Shown: positions 44,801-53,978 of the stretch, one piece after another
How positions within the stretch are numbered: the first letter of the stretch is position 1
How the letters are laid out: every line of letters starts with the position of its first letter
Translations under genes and position numbers: made by a program
The notes under the pieces: model-generated
Told to the model about the DNA's origin: nothing
The model's database searches: none
Seen by the model: the letters and a program-made list of their open reading frames with translations, nothing else
NCBI GenBank assembly: GCA_013239625.1
Contig: MU053376.1
Span: 2,034,507 to 2,098,506, forward strand
Source of the DNA: Lama guanicoe
Taxonomy: Eukaryota
Length of the DNA: 64,000 bases
Direction of reading: 5' to 3'

Positions 44801-47800
44801 CCCAGAAAGGCGATTCTGCTATCAGGGGAGTGGTGGACCCCAAGTAGGCAGCAAGGGCATCCTCCTCACCACTTCATCTTGGGAAAACCACTAACTGGAG
44901 GCCATTCCCTTGAAGCCCAGGAGGGGGCAGCATCTCCCTAGTGCAGAAATTGTCAGGAAGCTGCCAAGACACTGAAAATTTCATCCCTGCTGGCAGAAGT
45001 TCTCCTTCTGGGCTGGGCTGAGAAGGGGAGGTTGAGCATCATGGCCTGGCTTACCCAGCCCATTGCTGCAGAACCCAGCTGACTCTGCCTGCAGCCTGAA
45101 TACTCAGGGATGGGGTCAACAGGCTGCAGGCATCAGCCGTGCTGGGAGGGGTGCTGGGTGAGAGGTCAGGGCTGACCACATCCTTCAAGGCCCATTTCAT
45201 CCACCACTTCCCACCTGGAATCTCCCCAAGCACTCATCCCTCCACCCCCTACACCGGGGGGGCCCTGCCTTGTCATAATGCAGTGTTTTGGGTGCCTGTT
45301 TCCCTCTGTCCGTCTTTCTGGCTGTCTTATGAGCTCCCGCGGAGCAGGGCCCAGGCCGCTGCCTTCACGCCTGTAGTTTCCCCCAGCCCTTGCGCCGTTC
45401 GGTTTTGTTGACTGAATCAGTGACCTCAGCCCTGTCTCTTTCCTGCAGGGCTTGGCTACAATGAGGAGCAGATTCACAAGCTGGATAAGTGAGTGGCCTG
45501 TCCCCCGCCAGGCGGGTCAGCAGGAGGGTGGGTGTCACCGGGGCAGAGCGACTCCCTGTGCCGGACAAGAGGTGGTGAAGGGCCCTGATCCCAGACCGGA
45601 GCTGGGCAGGAGGAAAGTGGGGTGGGGTCACTACATCTGGGGCAGGTCATCTGCAGCCAAGGGAGGGAGGTTTCTCAGCTGCAGTCTGGGTGGAACTGGA
45701 CTGACTTCTGGTGGGAACAGAAGTAGGATTTCTTTCCCTCATCGTCCTCGCTGATTTACCACCTGCTTCTGACCTCCGCCTAGCTCTCCTTTGGGCTTCT
45801 CTCTGCTCCTCTGTCTCCTGGATGCTCCCTTCTTCCAGGAAGCCCTCCCTGATTTAATGCTTATTTGGGGACTCACTCCCTGAGTTCTATCCCTGACCCT
45901 GACTCCCTGCACGCGCGCGCACACACACACACGCACACACACACACACGACTGTCTCTCCTTCCTCCTGGGGACTGAGCTTGAGAGCGTGTGTGTTCCCT
46001 GAGGTGCCTGTCTTTCTCCCACACCCATCTGTTGAAGTGTGCTGTGTGCCGGCCTCTCTGATCGCCACGATTCCCGTGGGCGATCACCTCCTCCTCTGGA
46101 GAGGCAGACCTGCTGTGGACCCAGGGACTGGGTATTTGCGTGATACTAGGCTTGTGCACAGGTGGCTCTGGCCACTCATCTCTGTACCTCGGTTTCTGTC
46201 TTTTCAGGGTGAATTTTAGTCATTTAGCCAAAAGGCTCCTGCAGGTGTTCCAGGAGGAGCACGTGCAGAAGTACCAGGCATCGCTGGCCACACACGGCAA
46301 GAGGATGAGGTAACACTGAACTCATGATCCCCAGGGCACTCCTGGCCTGGCCCTTCCCAGCTGCAGACACCCTGGGCTTTGCAGAGCCCCAGTGGAAAGG
46401 GAGATGGTAATAAAGGAATAAAGGCAAAGAGATGGGTGGTTTTATGGCCCTGGGTGGACCAGGCAGTCTGGTGGGTGATTTCCATCTCTACATTAGCTCA
46501 TTTAATCCCACAGTATCTACCCTGTGCAGTGGATACTGTCACCCCATTTAACAGATGAGAAAACTGAGGCTCAGAGAACAGGCTGCTTCCTTAGTACCAC
46601 ACCGCTAGTAAGTAGCAGACCCAGGACTAGTGTGTGGTGTGACTGCCTCTAAAATCCGGATTCTTTCCCAGGTCCCTGGTGGTGGTGTTAGGAAGCCCTC
46701 TCACTGGGGAGAATGCAAGGTCCCTCTGGGATGAGGACAAGTGGTCTGAGAAGCAGAGGGAGGCAGAGGCCCTTAAATAGAACCCCCTCTCACACTGTTG
46801 CCTATGGGAATTTTGGGTTCTCCCTCTCAGACAAGCCCCGCCCTCCTTCCCCTGCAGCATCCTGAGATGAGCGGGCAGGTTCCCAGCTGCTGCTGATTCT
46901 GAGGCCCATGTGACCTGTGGGCTCATTACAGGGTTGAGACCCAGACACTCTCCCACACAAACATTAGAAGACAATGCCCAAGGAAGGGGGTATAGCTCAA
47001 GCTGTAGAGTGTGTGCTTAGCAAGGAAGTCCTAGGAGGTCCTCGGTTCAATCCCTGGTACCTCCAACAATAAATAAATAAACCTAATTACCTCCCCCTGC
47101 CAAAAAAAAAAATGCAATGCCTGGCTCCCCGACCCTAACCCACCCCCCAGTTCTGATTCAGCTGTTCTGGAGCAGGGCTTGGATGTCAGTATTTTAAAAC
47201 CTCCTCCGGGCGATTTAATGCATAGCCAGGGTTGAGAATGACCACTGATTCCCTCATCCAGGACCTGGCTCATTCCCTCCTCTCAGAGAGAGGTGAGAAT
47301 TCATAACACAGTCTTGACTTTGATTTGCTCTGGAAACGGGAGCGTGGGCAGTTCCCACTTGAAGTGCCCCACTGCAGGCGGTCTCTGCTTCCCTGACCGG
47401 GGCCAGTGCTCCCCCTGACTGGCCGGTGTGACCCGGCCCGAGACAGGCATGTTCACAGCTCCCCCCGTCCTTCTACACAGACAGGCACCAGCCAGGGTCA
47501 GAGTGGTCATCACCGTGGGACAGGGACGGAGTGAGGGCACAGCTGGAAAGGCAGAGGCACTGAGGGAGGCCCGTGCCTGGGACCCACCAGCTCCAGCCTC
47601 TGCCGCCCGGAAAGCTCTTCTCTGTGTCTGGTGACCCAAACTGCTGGGTGGGCAGCTGAGAGCGAATGAGCCCGGCTCTGACGCTTCTCTGCTCTCTCGA
47701 GGGTGGTGCATGAGACCAGGAACCACCTGCGCCTGGTTGGCTGTTCTGTGGCTGCCTGTAACACCGAAGCCCAGGGAGCACAGGAGAGCCTCAGCAAGGT

Positions 47801-50703
47801 GAGGGAGCTTTAGGAGCCTCTGGGGCTGCCTAGGGCAATCAGGCTCCTGGGGGCGTCCGGGCTGCACCCCTGCCCCGGGGCAGAGCTGCCCTTGACTGAG
47901 CCCAAGCGCTTTGGTGTGGGTGGGAGGGCTCTGACCCGCCAGCGTGGGAGGCACTTCCTAGTGTTCTCAGACTGACGGCTGCTGCAAGGGCAGAGCTGCC
48001 CGAAGGCTGGGACATCTTCCTGACGACCCAGCGCTACTCCTGAGGGGTGTGTGAACCCTTCTTGGTCCTCTGATCTGCTCTCTGCAAAGAGACAAACCCA
48101 CAGGCAGTTCTGAGACGCTGCCCGCTTTGCCAACAGGGACAGAGAAGGGCTGTCCTTCGAGGAGAGAGCCCCACATGGCGCCTCCTCCCCTCCCCGCATA
48201 GGACACATTCTTTCAGAGCCTGGGCTGCCCGCACCCCTTCTCCGCAGCTCCTGGCTCATCCTGTGTCATGACAGGTACAGGTCAGACACAAAGGGGGCTC
48301 GGCAGCCTGGACCCCTAAACACAGGCAGAGACAGGACGGTGGCTGTGCTGGCTGTGCTCCCAGGACAAGAAGGAGGGGCTTGTGGGAAAGGCCTGAGTGT
48401 TCTGGACACTCCAGGGATGCGGGTGGTGGGCCAGGGACCACTTCATTACCCCTGTCTCACCCTTCCCCACACCCCTGCTGCCCCCACCATGTGAGCTGGC
48501 TTGTCCCCTCTGACTAAAGTGTGTTTCTTTCCAGATCCTTGACCGGCTCTCGCATCAGCTCCTCCAGGACAGAACACAGGGGGCTGGGGCCTCATCGCCC
48601 CCTGCAGCCCCTTATCCCAGCCCTGCACTAAGGGAGCTGACTCTGCAGTGAGTGCCGGGGTGGGGGGTGTGAGTGTGTGTGTCTGTCTGAGTCTGTGTGT
48701 GTGTGTGTGAGTGAGTCTGTGTGTGTGTGTGTGTCTGTGTGAGTCTGTGTGTGTGTGTGTGTGTGTGTTAGGCACCAGAGGCAGGAACAAGGAACAGAGG
48801 CCCGGTGGGGCTGTGGAGAAGGGTGGGCCTCCCGGGAAGGGGTCTGGGCAGAGCGACTTTGGCCTTAGCCACAGCCGCCTCTCTGGCCTTGTCCTTGAGC
48901 AGCATGCAGGAGCTCTGCGAGGAGATGAAGCTGCTGTCGTCTGACCTCCAGGACAACAACCGCATCATTGAAGGGTGAGGAGTCCCCGCTGGGGGCTGGG
49001 GGTGGGGAGGCTGGGTCCCCAAGCTGCCCTCGCCTCAGGGGACAGGCCCCGTGCCTGCCATGCAGGTTTGACGACAGATGTCCATGTTCCAAACAGTCGC
49101 ATCAGAGCTTCAGCCTTGTGCACAGGCGAGTCAGCGTGCTCACCAGGCGAGGCTATCACTACAGTCAGGAGAGCGTGGGCCTCGGGGTGGTCAGAGATGG
49201 GGGCCCGGGGCCTGTGGCTGGGCGGCTGTGTCCGGCCCTGCGTGAAGGTAGACTGTCTGACGCCTCATCCAGGGCGACTCCTTTAGCCTTTACCACCATC
49301 CTCAGAGCAGGGCTGTTCCGTCTGCCTGTCACAGTCCAGGAAACACAGTGCGGAGCTGGGGAGGGCTGCCCGCGGCTGCAGGCCCACTATTAGGGACTCT
49401 GCATTGTCACCTGATTGGAGTCCCTTCCTCAGGGGGGTGAGCATACCGGAGGGCTGCTGGGCGCTGCAGCAGGGCTCAGCCTTTTGGATTTTGTGCACCA
49501 GTGAAATTCAGAGAAGAAAACTGGAGAATAACAGAGGGGCCAATTTCTCATAAGCACAATTGAAAGCACAATTGAAAGGGGAAAAACTCTGCCATTTAGA
49601 AGTCCCACTTTACAAGGCACATTTTATCACCAAAGAGAAGGAAGGACATAATGTCAAAAGCAAGGATGGTCCTTGCCCTGAAAGTCAGATTTCCATATAG
49701 ATACGTGTGTATGTGTGTATAGGCACTCACGCATGCGTGCACACACCTCCCACATCCTCTCTGTCATCCTTACGTCTGTCACTCCCCCGCGGGGGGACCA
49801 GCGGCATGGTAGCAAGAGTCTGCAGAGATTCTAACAGGGTTTGACTCCCACTCTTACCAACCGCGTGACCCTGGGAGGTTTGTTCGGCCCTGAGCTGAAA
49901 AATCGGCATCGTGATTCCGACCTCGTGGTGTTAATGCAGGGATTAAACAGGACGAGATAAGCAGTGAGCTGGGGAGGGGAGGGTGCATGAAGGCAGGGCT
50001 CACTAAATGGCAGGTGTTCCCCAGAGGTCACGCCAGTCTGGGGCCCTAGAATCAGGCCCTGGAGGTAGGGGAGATGGGCCCAGAGCTCATGGTTGTCCCC
50101 AGAGTTTCAGAGGGTCCTTGGGTGGAGGAGGCATCCCATGTCTCATTCTTAAACACTCTCAAAGAGGAGATTTGACAGCTTCTTGAAAAGACTTTCCAAA
50201 ACAACCCTCACGGGCAGGAAGTTCTAATTTTAGTGCCGACATAAATTTTGCTGTGATGTGTAGTCTATTTACAGATAGCTCAAAAATTTTATTCTGAGGA
50301 TTTTTTACTTCCTTGTTCAGAGCTATAACCAAAGAGCCTAAAGAAACAATTGGAATTCCTTTCCCCCTCGTCTTGACCCCTGGCTGCCTTAGAATCACCA
50401 GGGGAGCTTTTAAAAGTGCAGATGCCTGGGTTCAGAGACTCTGGGCGCAGCTTGGAGTTGGGGATTTTTATAAGCTGCCCAGATGATTCTAACGTGGAGT
50501 CAGGGAAGAGAACCAGAGAGTTCTTGTCGGTGGACACAGATGCTACGAGAGGAGAGCCGAAGACCTGACTGGCTCCGTGTTCCTGGAAGCTGACTGTGTC
50601 GGGCCCTGGGGTGTGGTCTGCAGGCTTCTCCACCTGGGTGGGAGATGCTAACCTGAGCCTTTGTTACAGGTTAAGTCGGGTCCCATCAGCTCCTGACATC
50701 TGA
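29781..50703 (+). CDS. IKBKE: Inhibitor of NF-kB kinase subunit epsilon (IKK-epsilon), complete CDS in 20 exons, 2157 nt, 718 aa
   Basis: All introns GT-AG; exon lengths 87,141,130,182,161,111,180,197,65,92,87,76,113,77,40,102,97,113,72,34 sum to 2157; GQGATA loop, [16 protein letters not shown]172 activation site, ULD, scaffold/dimerisation domain. Confidence 0.98.
30571..30711 (+). CDS. IKBKE: IKBKE exon 4
   Basis: ttgcag|[12 protein letters not shown]...KLFAVEET|gtgagt. Confidence 0.97.
31110..31239 (+). CDS. IKBKE: IKBKE exon 5
   Basis: ccacag|[19 protein letters not shown]...VVLRCV|gtaagt. Confidence 0.97.
31490..32004 (+). mobile_element. L1 (L1MB-like) 3' fragment with A-rich tail in IKBKE intron 5
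   Basis: TGTTCACAACAGCATTATTCACGATAGCCAAGAGG...GATGAATGGATAAACACAATGTGG...GGTGATGGTTGCACAACAATG...AAAAATGGTTAAAATG, A tail. Confidence 0.85.
32277..32458 (+). CDS. IKBKE: IKBKE exon 6 (catalytic and activation loops)
   Basis: tcccag|[22 protein letters not shown]...[24 protein letters not shown]|gtgagg. Confidence 0.98.
32648..32766. repeat. Degenerate C-rich minisatellite (CCCCTGCCCAG-like units)
   Basis: About eight imperfect CCC(C)TGCCCAG units. Confidence 0.7.
33003..33163 (+). CDS. IKBKE: IKBKE exon 7
   Basis: tggcag|[28 protein letters not shown]...RRNKEI AT|gtacgg. Confidence 0.95.
34004..34114 (+). CDS. IKBKE: IKBKE exon 8
   Basis: ccccag|(M)[38 protein letters not shown]|gtgagt. 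Confidence 0.95.
34436..34615 (+). CDS. IKBKE: IKBKE exon 9
   Basis: ggacag|[37 protein letters not shown]...HN AC|gtgagt. Confidence 0.96.
35200..35396 (+). CDS. IKBKE: IKBKE exon 10 (ubiquitin-like domain)
   Basis: gtccag|[26 protein letters not shown]...PKGLAFRD C|gtgagt. Confidence 0.96.
36143..36207 (+). CDS. IKBKE: IKBKE exon 11
   Basis: ctgcag|[21 protein letters not shown]|gtgagg. Confidence 0.96.
36296..36387 (+). CDS. IKBKE: IKBKE exon 12
   Basis: tttcag|[32 protein letters not shown]|gtgagt. Confidence 0.95.
36476..36562 (+). CDS. IKBKE: IKBKE exon 13
   Basis: cggcag|[30 protein letters not shown]|gtgggt. Confidence 0.95.
39085..39668 (-). mobile_element. MER41-like ERV1 solo LTR no. 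1 (IKBKE intron 13), inserted in an L2 relic
   Basis: TG...CA termini; imperfect 4-bp TSD TGTA/TGTG; reverse strand reads AATAAACTTGCTTTCCCTTTAC...TTGAATTCTTTCCCGTGCGAGGCAAGAACC, like the MER41 3' region; GAS TTCCAGGAA at 39464-39472. Confidence 0.8.
40225..40300 (+). CDS. IKBKE: IKBKE exon 14
   Basis: ctcgag|[25 protein letters not shown]|gtgagt. Confidence 0.9.
40430..40542 (+). CDS. IKBKE: IKBKE exon 15
   Basis: ccacag|[39 protein letters not shown]|gtctgt. Confidence 0.95.
40873..41412 (-). mobile_element. MER41-like ERV1 solo LTR no. 2 (IKBKE intron 15), adjacent to a MIR relic
   Basis: TG...CA termini; imperfect TSD CTAT/CTGT; reverse strand AATAAACTTGTTTTCACTTTAC...TTGAATTCTTTCCTGCATGAAGCCAAGAACCCTC; GAS TTCGAGGAA at 41168-41176; colinear with LTR no. 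1. Confidence 0.85.
42661..42697. repeat. (CG)n/(TG)n microsatellite
   Basis: CGCGCGCGCGTGCGTGCGTGTGTGTGTGTGTGTGTGT. Confidence 0.95.
42933..43009 (+). CDS. IKBKE: IKBKE exon 16
   Basis: ccatag|[26 protein letters not shown]|gtgagc. Confidence 0.96.
43650..44095. mobile_element. MER33-like hAT-Charlie DNA transposon relic
   Basis: CACTGTCCCATAGGAATATAATGCAGGCACATTTGTAATTTTAAGTTCACTAGTAGCC...TTTTAATAATGTATTTTATTCAACCC...CAGCATGTAATCAATATAAA; AT-rich island. Confidence 0.7.
45449..45488 (+). CDS. IKBKE: IKBKE exon 17 (40 nt)
   Basis: ctgcag|(G)[14 protein letters not shown]|gtgagt. Confidence 0.96.
46208..46309 (+). CDS. IKBKE: IKBKE exon 18
   Basis: tttcag|[35 protein letters not shown]|gtaaca. 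Confidence 0.96.
46981..47112 (+). mobile_element. tRNA-Ala-derived SINE
   Basis: GGGGGTATAGCTCAAG...GTGCTTAGCA...GGTTCAATCCCTGGTACCTCCA, AATAAATAAATAAACCTAATTACCTCCCCC and A tail; CAATGCC on both flanks. Confidence 0.85.
47702..47798 (+). CDS. IKBKE: IKBKE exon 19
   Basis: ctcgag|[32 protein letters not shown]|gtgagg. Confidence 0.94.
48535..48647 (+). CDS. IKBKE: IKBKE exon 20
   Basis: ttccag|[39 protein letters not shown]|gtgagt. Confidence 0.92.
48667..48768. repeat. Compound (TG)n/(TGTC/TGAG) microsatellite
   Basis: About 100 bp of GT-rich dinucleotide repeat just after exon 20. Confidence 0.9.
48903..48974 (+). CDS. IKBKE: IKBKE exon 21
   Basis: gagcag|[25 protein letters not shown]|gtgagg. 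Confidence 0.95.
50370..50515. mobile_element. MER5B-like DNA transposon relic
   Basis: TTAGAATCACCAGGGGAGCTTTTAAAAGTGCAGATGCCTGGG...GATTTTTATAAGCTGCCCAGATGATTCTAACGTG. Confidence 0.6.
50670..50703 (+). CDS. IKBKE: IKBKE exon 22, coding part
   Basis: ttacag|(G)[13 protein letters not shown]. Confidence 0.93.
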
Positions 50704-51452
50704 GCTCTGGGGCATGCACGAGGCATCCTGAAGCATTAGACTCACTCAGACACTGCTCTCCTGCCAGCACTGCGGGACCCAACACAGGACAGTACCTGGT
50801 CCCATCTCATCAGCCTACCTCCCTCCTGGCTGGCGGCCAGGAGATGTCACCAGCATTACCTTCGGCTGCCTCTCTGCGGGCAGCAGCGCAGAGGACCCGG
50901 GGCACTAGGCCGCCTCTGCCCAGACCCCAGACCCACTCCTGGGCTGCCCTGTGTGTCCTACGCAGGCTCGGGCAGAGCTCTTCCGTGGCCCTGGCCTGTG
51001 CAGCTGAGCCTGGCCGGGCTGTGGGGAGAAGAGGCCCCCCTGGGCCCTCCCACCACCCCACCGCCCCTCCGCCTCTGGTTTATAGGGCTTCACTCCTCAG
51101 GGAACAGAAGAGGTAGCCCCCTGGGGTTTCCCCAGGGTGCTGGTTCAAACAGCGTAATCTCAGTCTTCCTTCCTCTTGAAGTGTTTCATGCTGAGCACAC
51201 AGGCCTCTCCCCTCACCTGTGATTCCTGAGGGTCACCACACGCGGCCCCAGGCCTGACGGAGCCTGACTTCTCTCCTCTGGGTCTGGCTGAGCCTAAGGC
51301 TGAGAGGACGGTGGCCGAGGCAGGTGCCAGTGTCTTGGGGACCCTTCCTCCCTCTCTCTGAGGCACCACCAGGTTCTGGGGTTTGCAGGCAGCGGTGTCA
51401 ACAGCAGCCATGCCAATTAGCATAGGCCCACAAGTCCAGAGAGCTCTGAAGA

Positions 51453-51458
51453 AATAAA
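51453..51458 (+). terminator. IKBKE polyadenylation signal (3'UTR ~0.77 kb)
   Basis: First AATAAA after the stop codon; T-rich CTCTTTTCTATGTCT downstream. Confidence 0.7.
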
Positions 51459-52937
51459 GGCCTGCACCTTCACGAAGTGAAATAAGCATGATGCTCTTTT
51501 CTATGTCTGAGTGGCTGTCACTGGGCTGCGGCTGGGAGGCGGGGGAGGCCCTCAGCTGGGTGTGCTTGGCAACCAAGCGGGACCGGGTGGGGATCTGTGA
51601 GGAGGATTGGGAAATGGAGGCAGGGCCGGTCACTTCCTGATTCCTGCCTTTCCCTGAAATGAGCCCTGATTTCAGGGAAGAGCCCAAGGAAGCTGGCCTC
51701 CTGCTGGTGGTGGTGGGGTGAGGGAGGCTCACCTCTCCGTTCCTTTCTTCCGCTCCCTGCCTTTCCCTGTCTTTCAGGAAGCCGGGCCTGGAGTCTGGGG
51801 AGAAGGGTCTGTCTTTGTGATTTTTAACCTCAAATCCACCATCTAAGTACCTACTCCTTCCCCTGACCCCCACCCCTGTTCAAAACATAGATAAGGTGTG
51901 TGCTAAGTGTCGGGTGAGACCGCTATGGGCAGTTTTGAACATTCCTCCATTTTGCCTAAAAGCTAGAATGCTGCCTGGGTGAGGCATGCAGATTTGTGCA
52001 AATGTAGTCTTTCCCATGCAGCATGTCCCGTGTTCCCGTAACCAGCGCTGGACTACCCGCCTGACCTCCGGTTGCGGGAAGTGGGGATGCAGCAGAGTAG
52101 CCCCAGCGGGGCGGGGGGAAGAGGAGCAGCCCTACTTTGGGTTTTGAAGCATGAAGACGACATTCTGCTTTCTCCCAAATCACCCTAGAAATCCCTCCTG
52201 CACATGTTTTTGGAGCCTCCGCGTCCTCAGAGGCTTGTCTGCCTAACGACCCAGCGGGGCGGAGCTGAGGAAGGTTGGGTCCTGGAGTCTGACATCCTCT
52301 GTGCTGCGGCTCAATGGAAAGACCTGGGGCAGGGCTGCTGGGTTTGCTGGCATGGGGCCCAAGTGGCCTCAGGTGTGCTATCAGGGTAACTTCAGTCCAG
52401 TGGGTTCAGGTTCCGGGGCCCCAAGAACCAGCTGCGGCCCTGACAGCCCTGGGCTCTGGGCCTCTGGTCTGCTCTGCCTGCATGAACTTCACAGCTGACA
52501 CTTCTGGCTCTTCAATGGCCCTTCAGGGAAGACCCACAGTGGATTCTCCCTGGCAGCTGTGGCTACCTCTGGATCCCACATGCTTGGTGGAGCTCAGCAA
52601 AGGAGCCAGGGGATCCGTGAAAGCCAAGTGCAGATTTTTGGGGAATGATTCGATCTGGCCTGTACGATCTCATGAGCAAAGCCCGGCAGGGGACACACTC
52701 ACAGGCTTCAGTTCATTCCTGTGCTGCAGAACCACTGACATGGGTGCCCCCATCCGCAGTTCTGCAGAGCTTCCTGCGGATTTCATCTCAGGAAGGAGTG
52801 AGGAACTGGAGCAAGGTCCACGACCTTGTCCAGTCCCTCCAGAACCTTGTAAGGCCCTCAGGTGCCTGAGACCTCTATTCTCTGTAGTGATTCCTAACGT
52901 GACACTTAAGATGAAGAGCCCGGTCAGTTTCTCAGAC

Positions 52938-53018
52938 GTGAACTGAGCACCTGCAGTGTGCCAGGTCCCGGGCGAGGTGAACTGAGCACCTGCAGTGTGC
53001 CAGGTCCCGGGCGAGGTG
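52938..53018. repeat. Perfect 39-bp tandem duplication inside an L2-like relic
   Basis: GTGAACTGAGCACCTGCAGTGTGCCAGGTCCCGGGCGAG twice, then GTG. Confidence 0.95.
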
Positions 53019-53770
53019 CTGGAATGGAACTATGTAGATGCCATGCCTGTCCCTGAAAAACTCACCTTGAAGGGGGAAGGCACTTGAGTATCGCAGGAAT
53101 GTGTGGAGACAGGGATGCACAGCTCAGGTGTAGGACTGTGGCACCGCCGTCACAGGGGAGGGGTGTTTAGGGTGCCCGGGAGGGGGTCAGGAGACTCCAG
53201 CGTGCGGTCTTGGTAGGTGGGCAGAGCTACCTAGCAGAGAGGCACGGAGAGCATCCCCGGCAGTGGGAAGGCACCAGCCCAGGCACGGAAGGAACTAGAG
53301 GTATTCGTGTCACCGGAGAGCAGATTGAAGTGGGAAGTGGGCGTGGAGCGAAGGGAGGAGCCAGACCCAAAAGCTGCTTGGAGGCCACACGAAGGAACTT
53401 GAGATTTACCTCAGGGAACCACAGAAACAGGTTTTCGGTCAAGTCCAACTGGTATTTTAAAGATACAACTCTTTGGTGCCTGTGTGGAGGGTGGATTGAA
53501 CCATATGCCTCAGTTCCCTCACTCGTAAAATGGAGATGGTATCTTTCAAAGGTATGGGTAGGAATAGATTAGGTATTTCCACAAGGGGCCTGAGATACCA
53601 CGTTGGTTCTCTGCACACCCCACCTCCCAGCCCCACCTCCTGTGGCTGGGACCGCCGGGCAGGGCGGCTAGAGAAACAAGAGCTCTTGTCTCAGACAGGT
53701 GCAGTCAGTGGCTCAGATCCGTCACCAATATCTGGAAAGAGTCCATAGCTTAGTTCAAAGGGACCTAACT

Positions 53771-53978
53771 CAGGGTGGGGGGGTAGAGCTCAAGTGACAG
53801 AGAGCATGATTAGCATGCACAGGGTCCTGGGTTCAATCCCCAGCCCCGCCTCCAAAAATAAATACATAAATAAACCTAATTATCTCATCCACCCCCCAAA
53901 AACTAATAGATAAACAGTCACCTAGAAAATACAAAGAAAAAATATTTAAAAATCAAAACAAAACAGCTATTTAAAAAA
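53771..53978 (+). mobile_element. tRNA-Ala-derived SINE, long-tail form
   Basis: GGGGGGTAGAGCTCAAGTG...TTAGCATGCACAGGGTCCTGGGTTCAATCCCCAG; A-rich tail; TSD GGACCTAACT at 53761-53770 and 53979-53988. Confidence 0.88.

Noticed and set aside
51160..51873. 237-aa antisense ORF over the IKBKE 3' end
   Set aside because: Non-ATG start, no recognisable homology; expected by chance in GC-rich DNA. A non-coding antisense RNA cannot be judged from sequence alone
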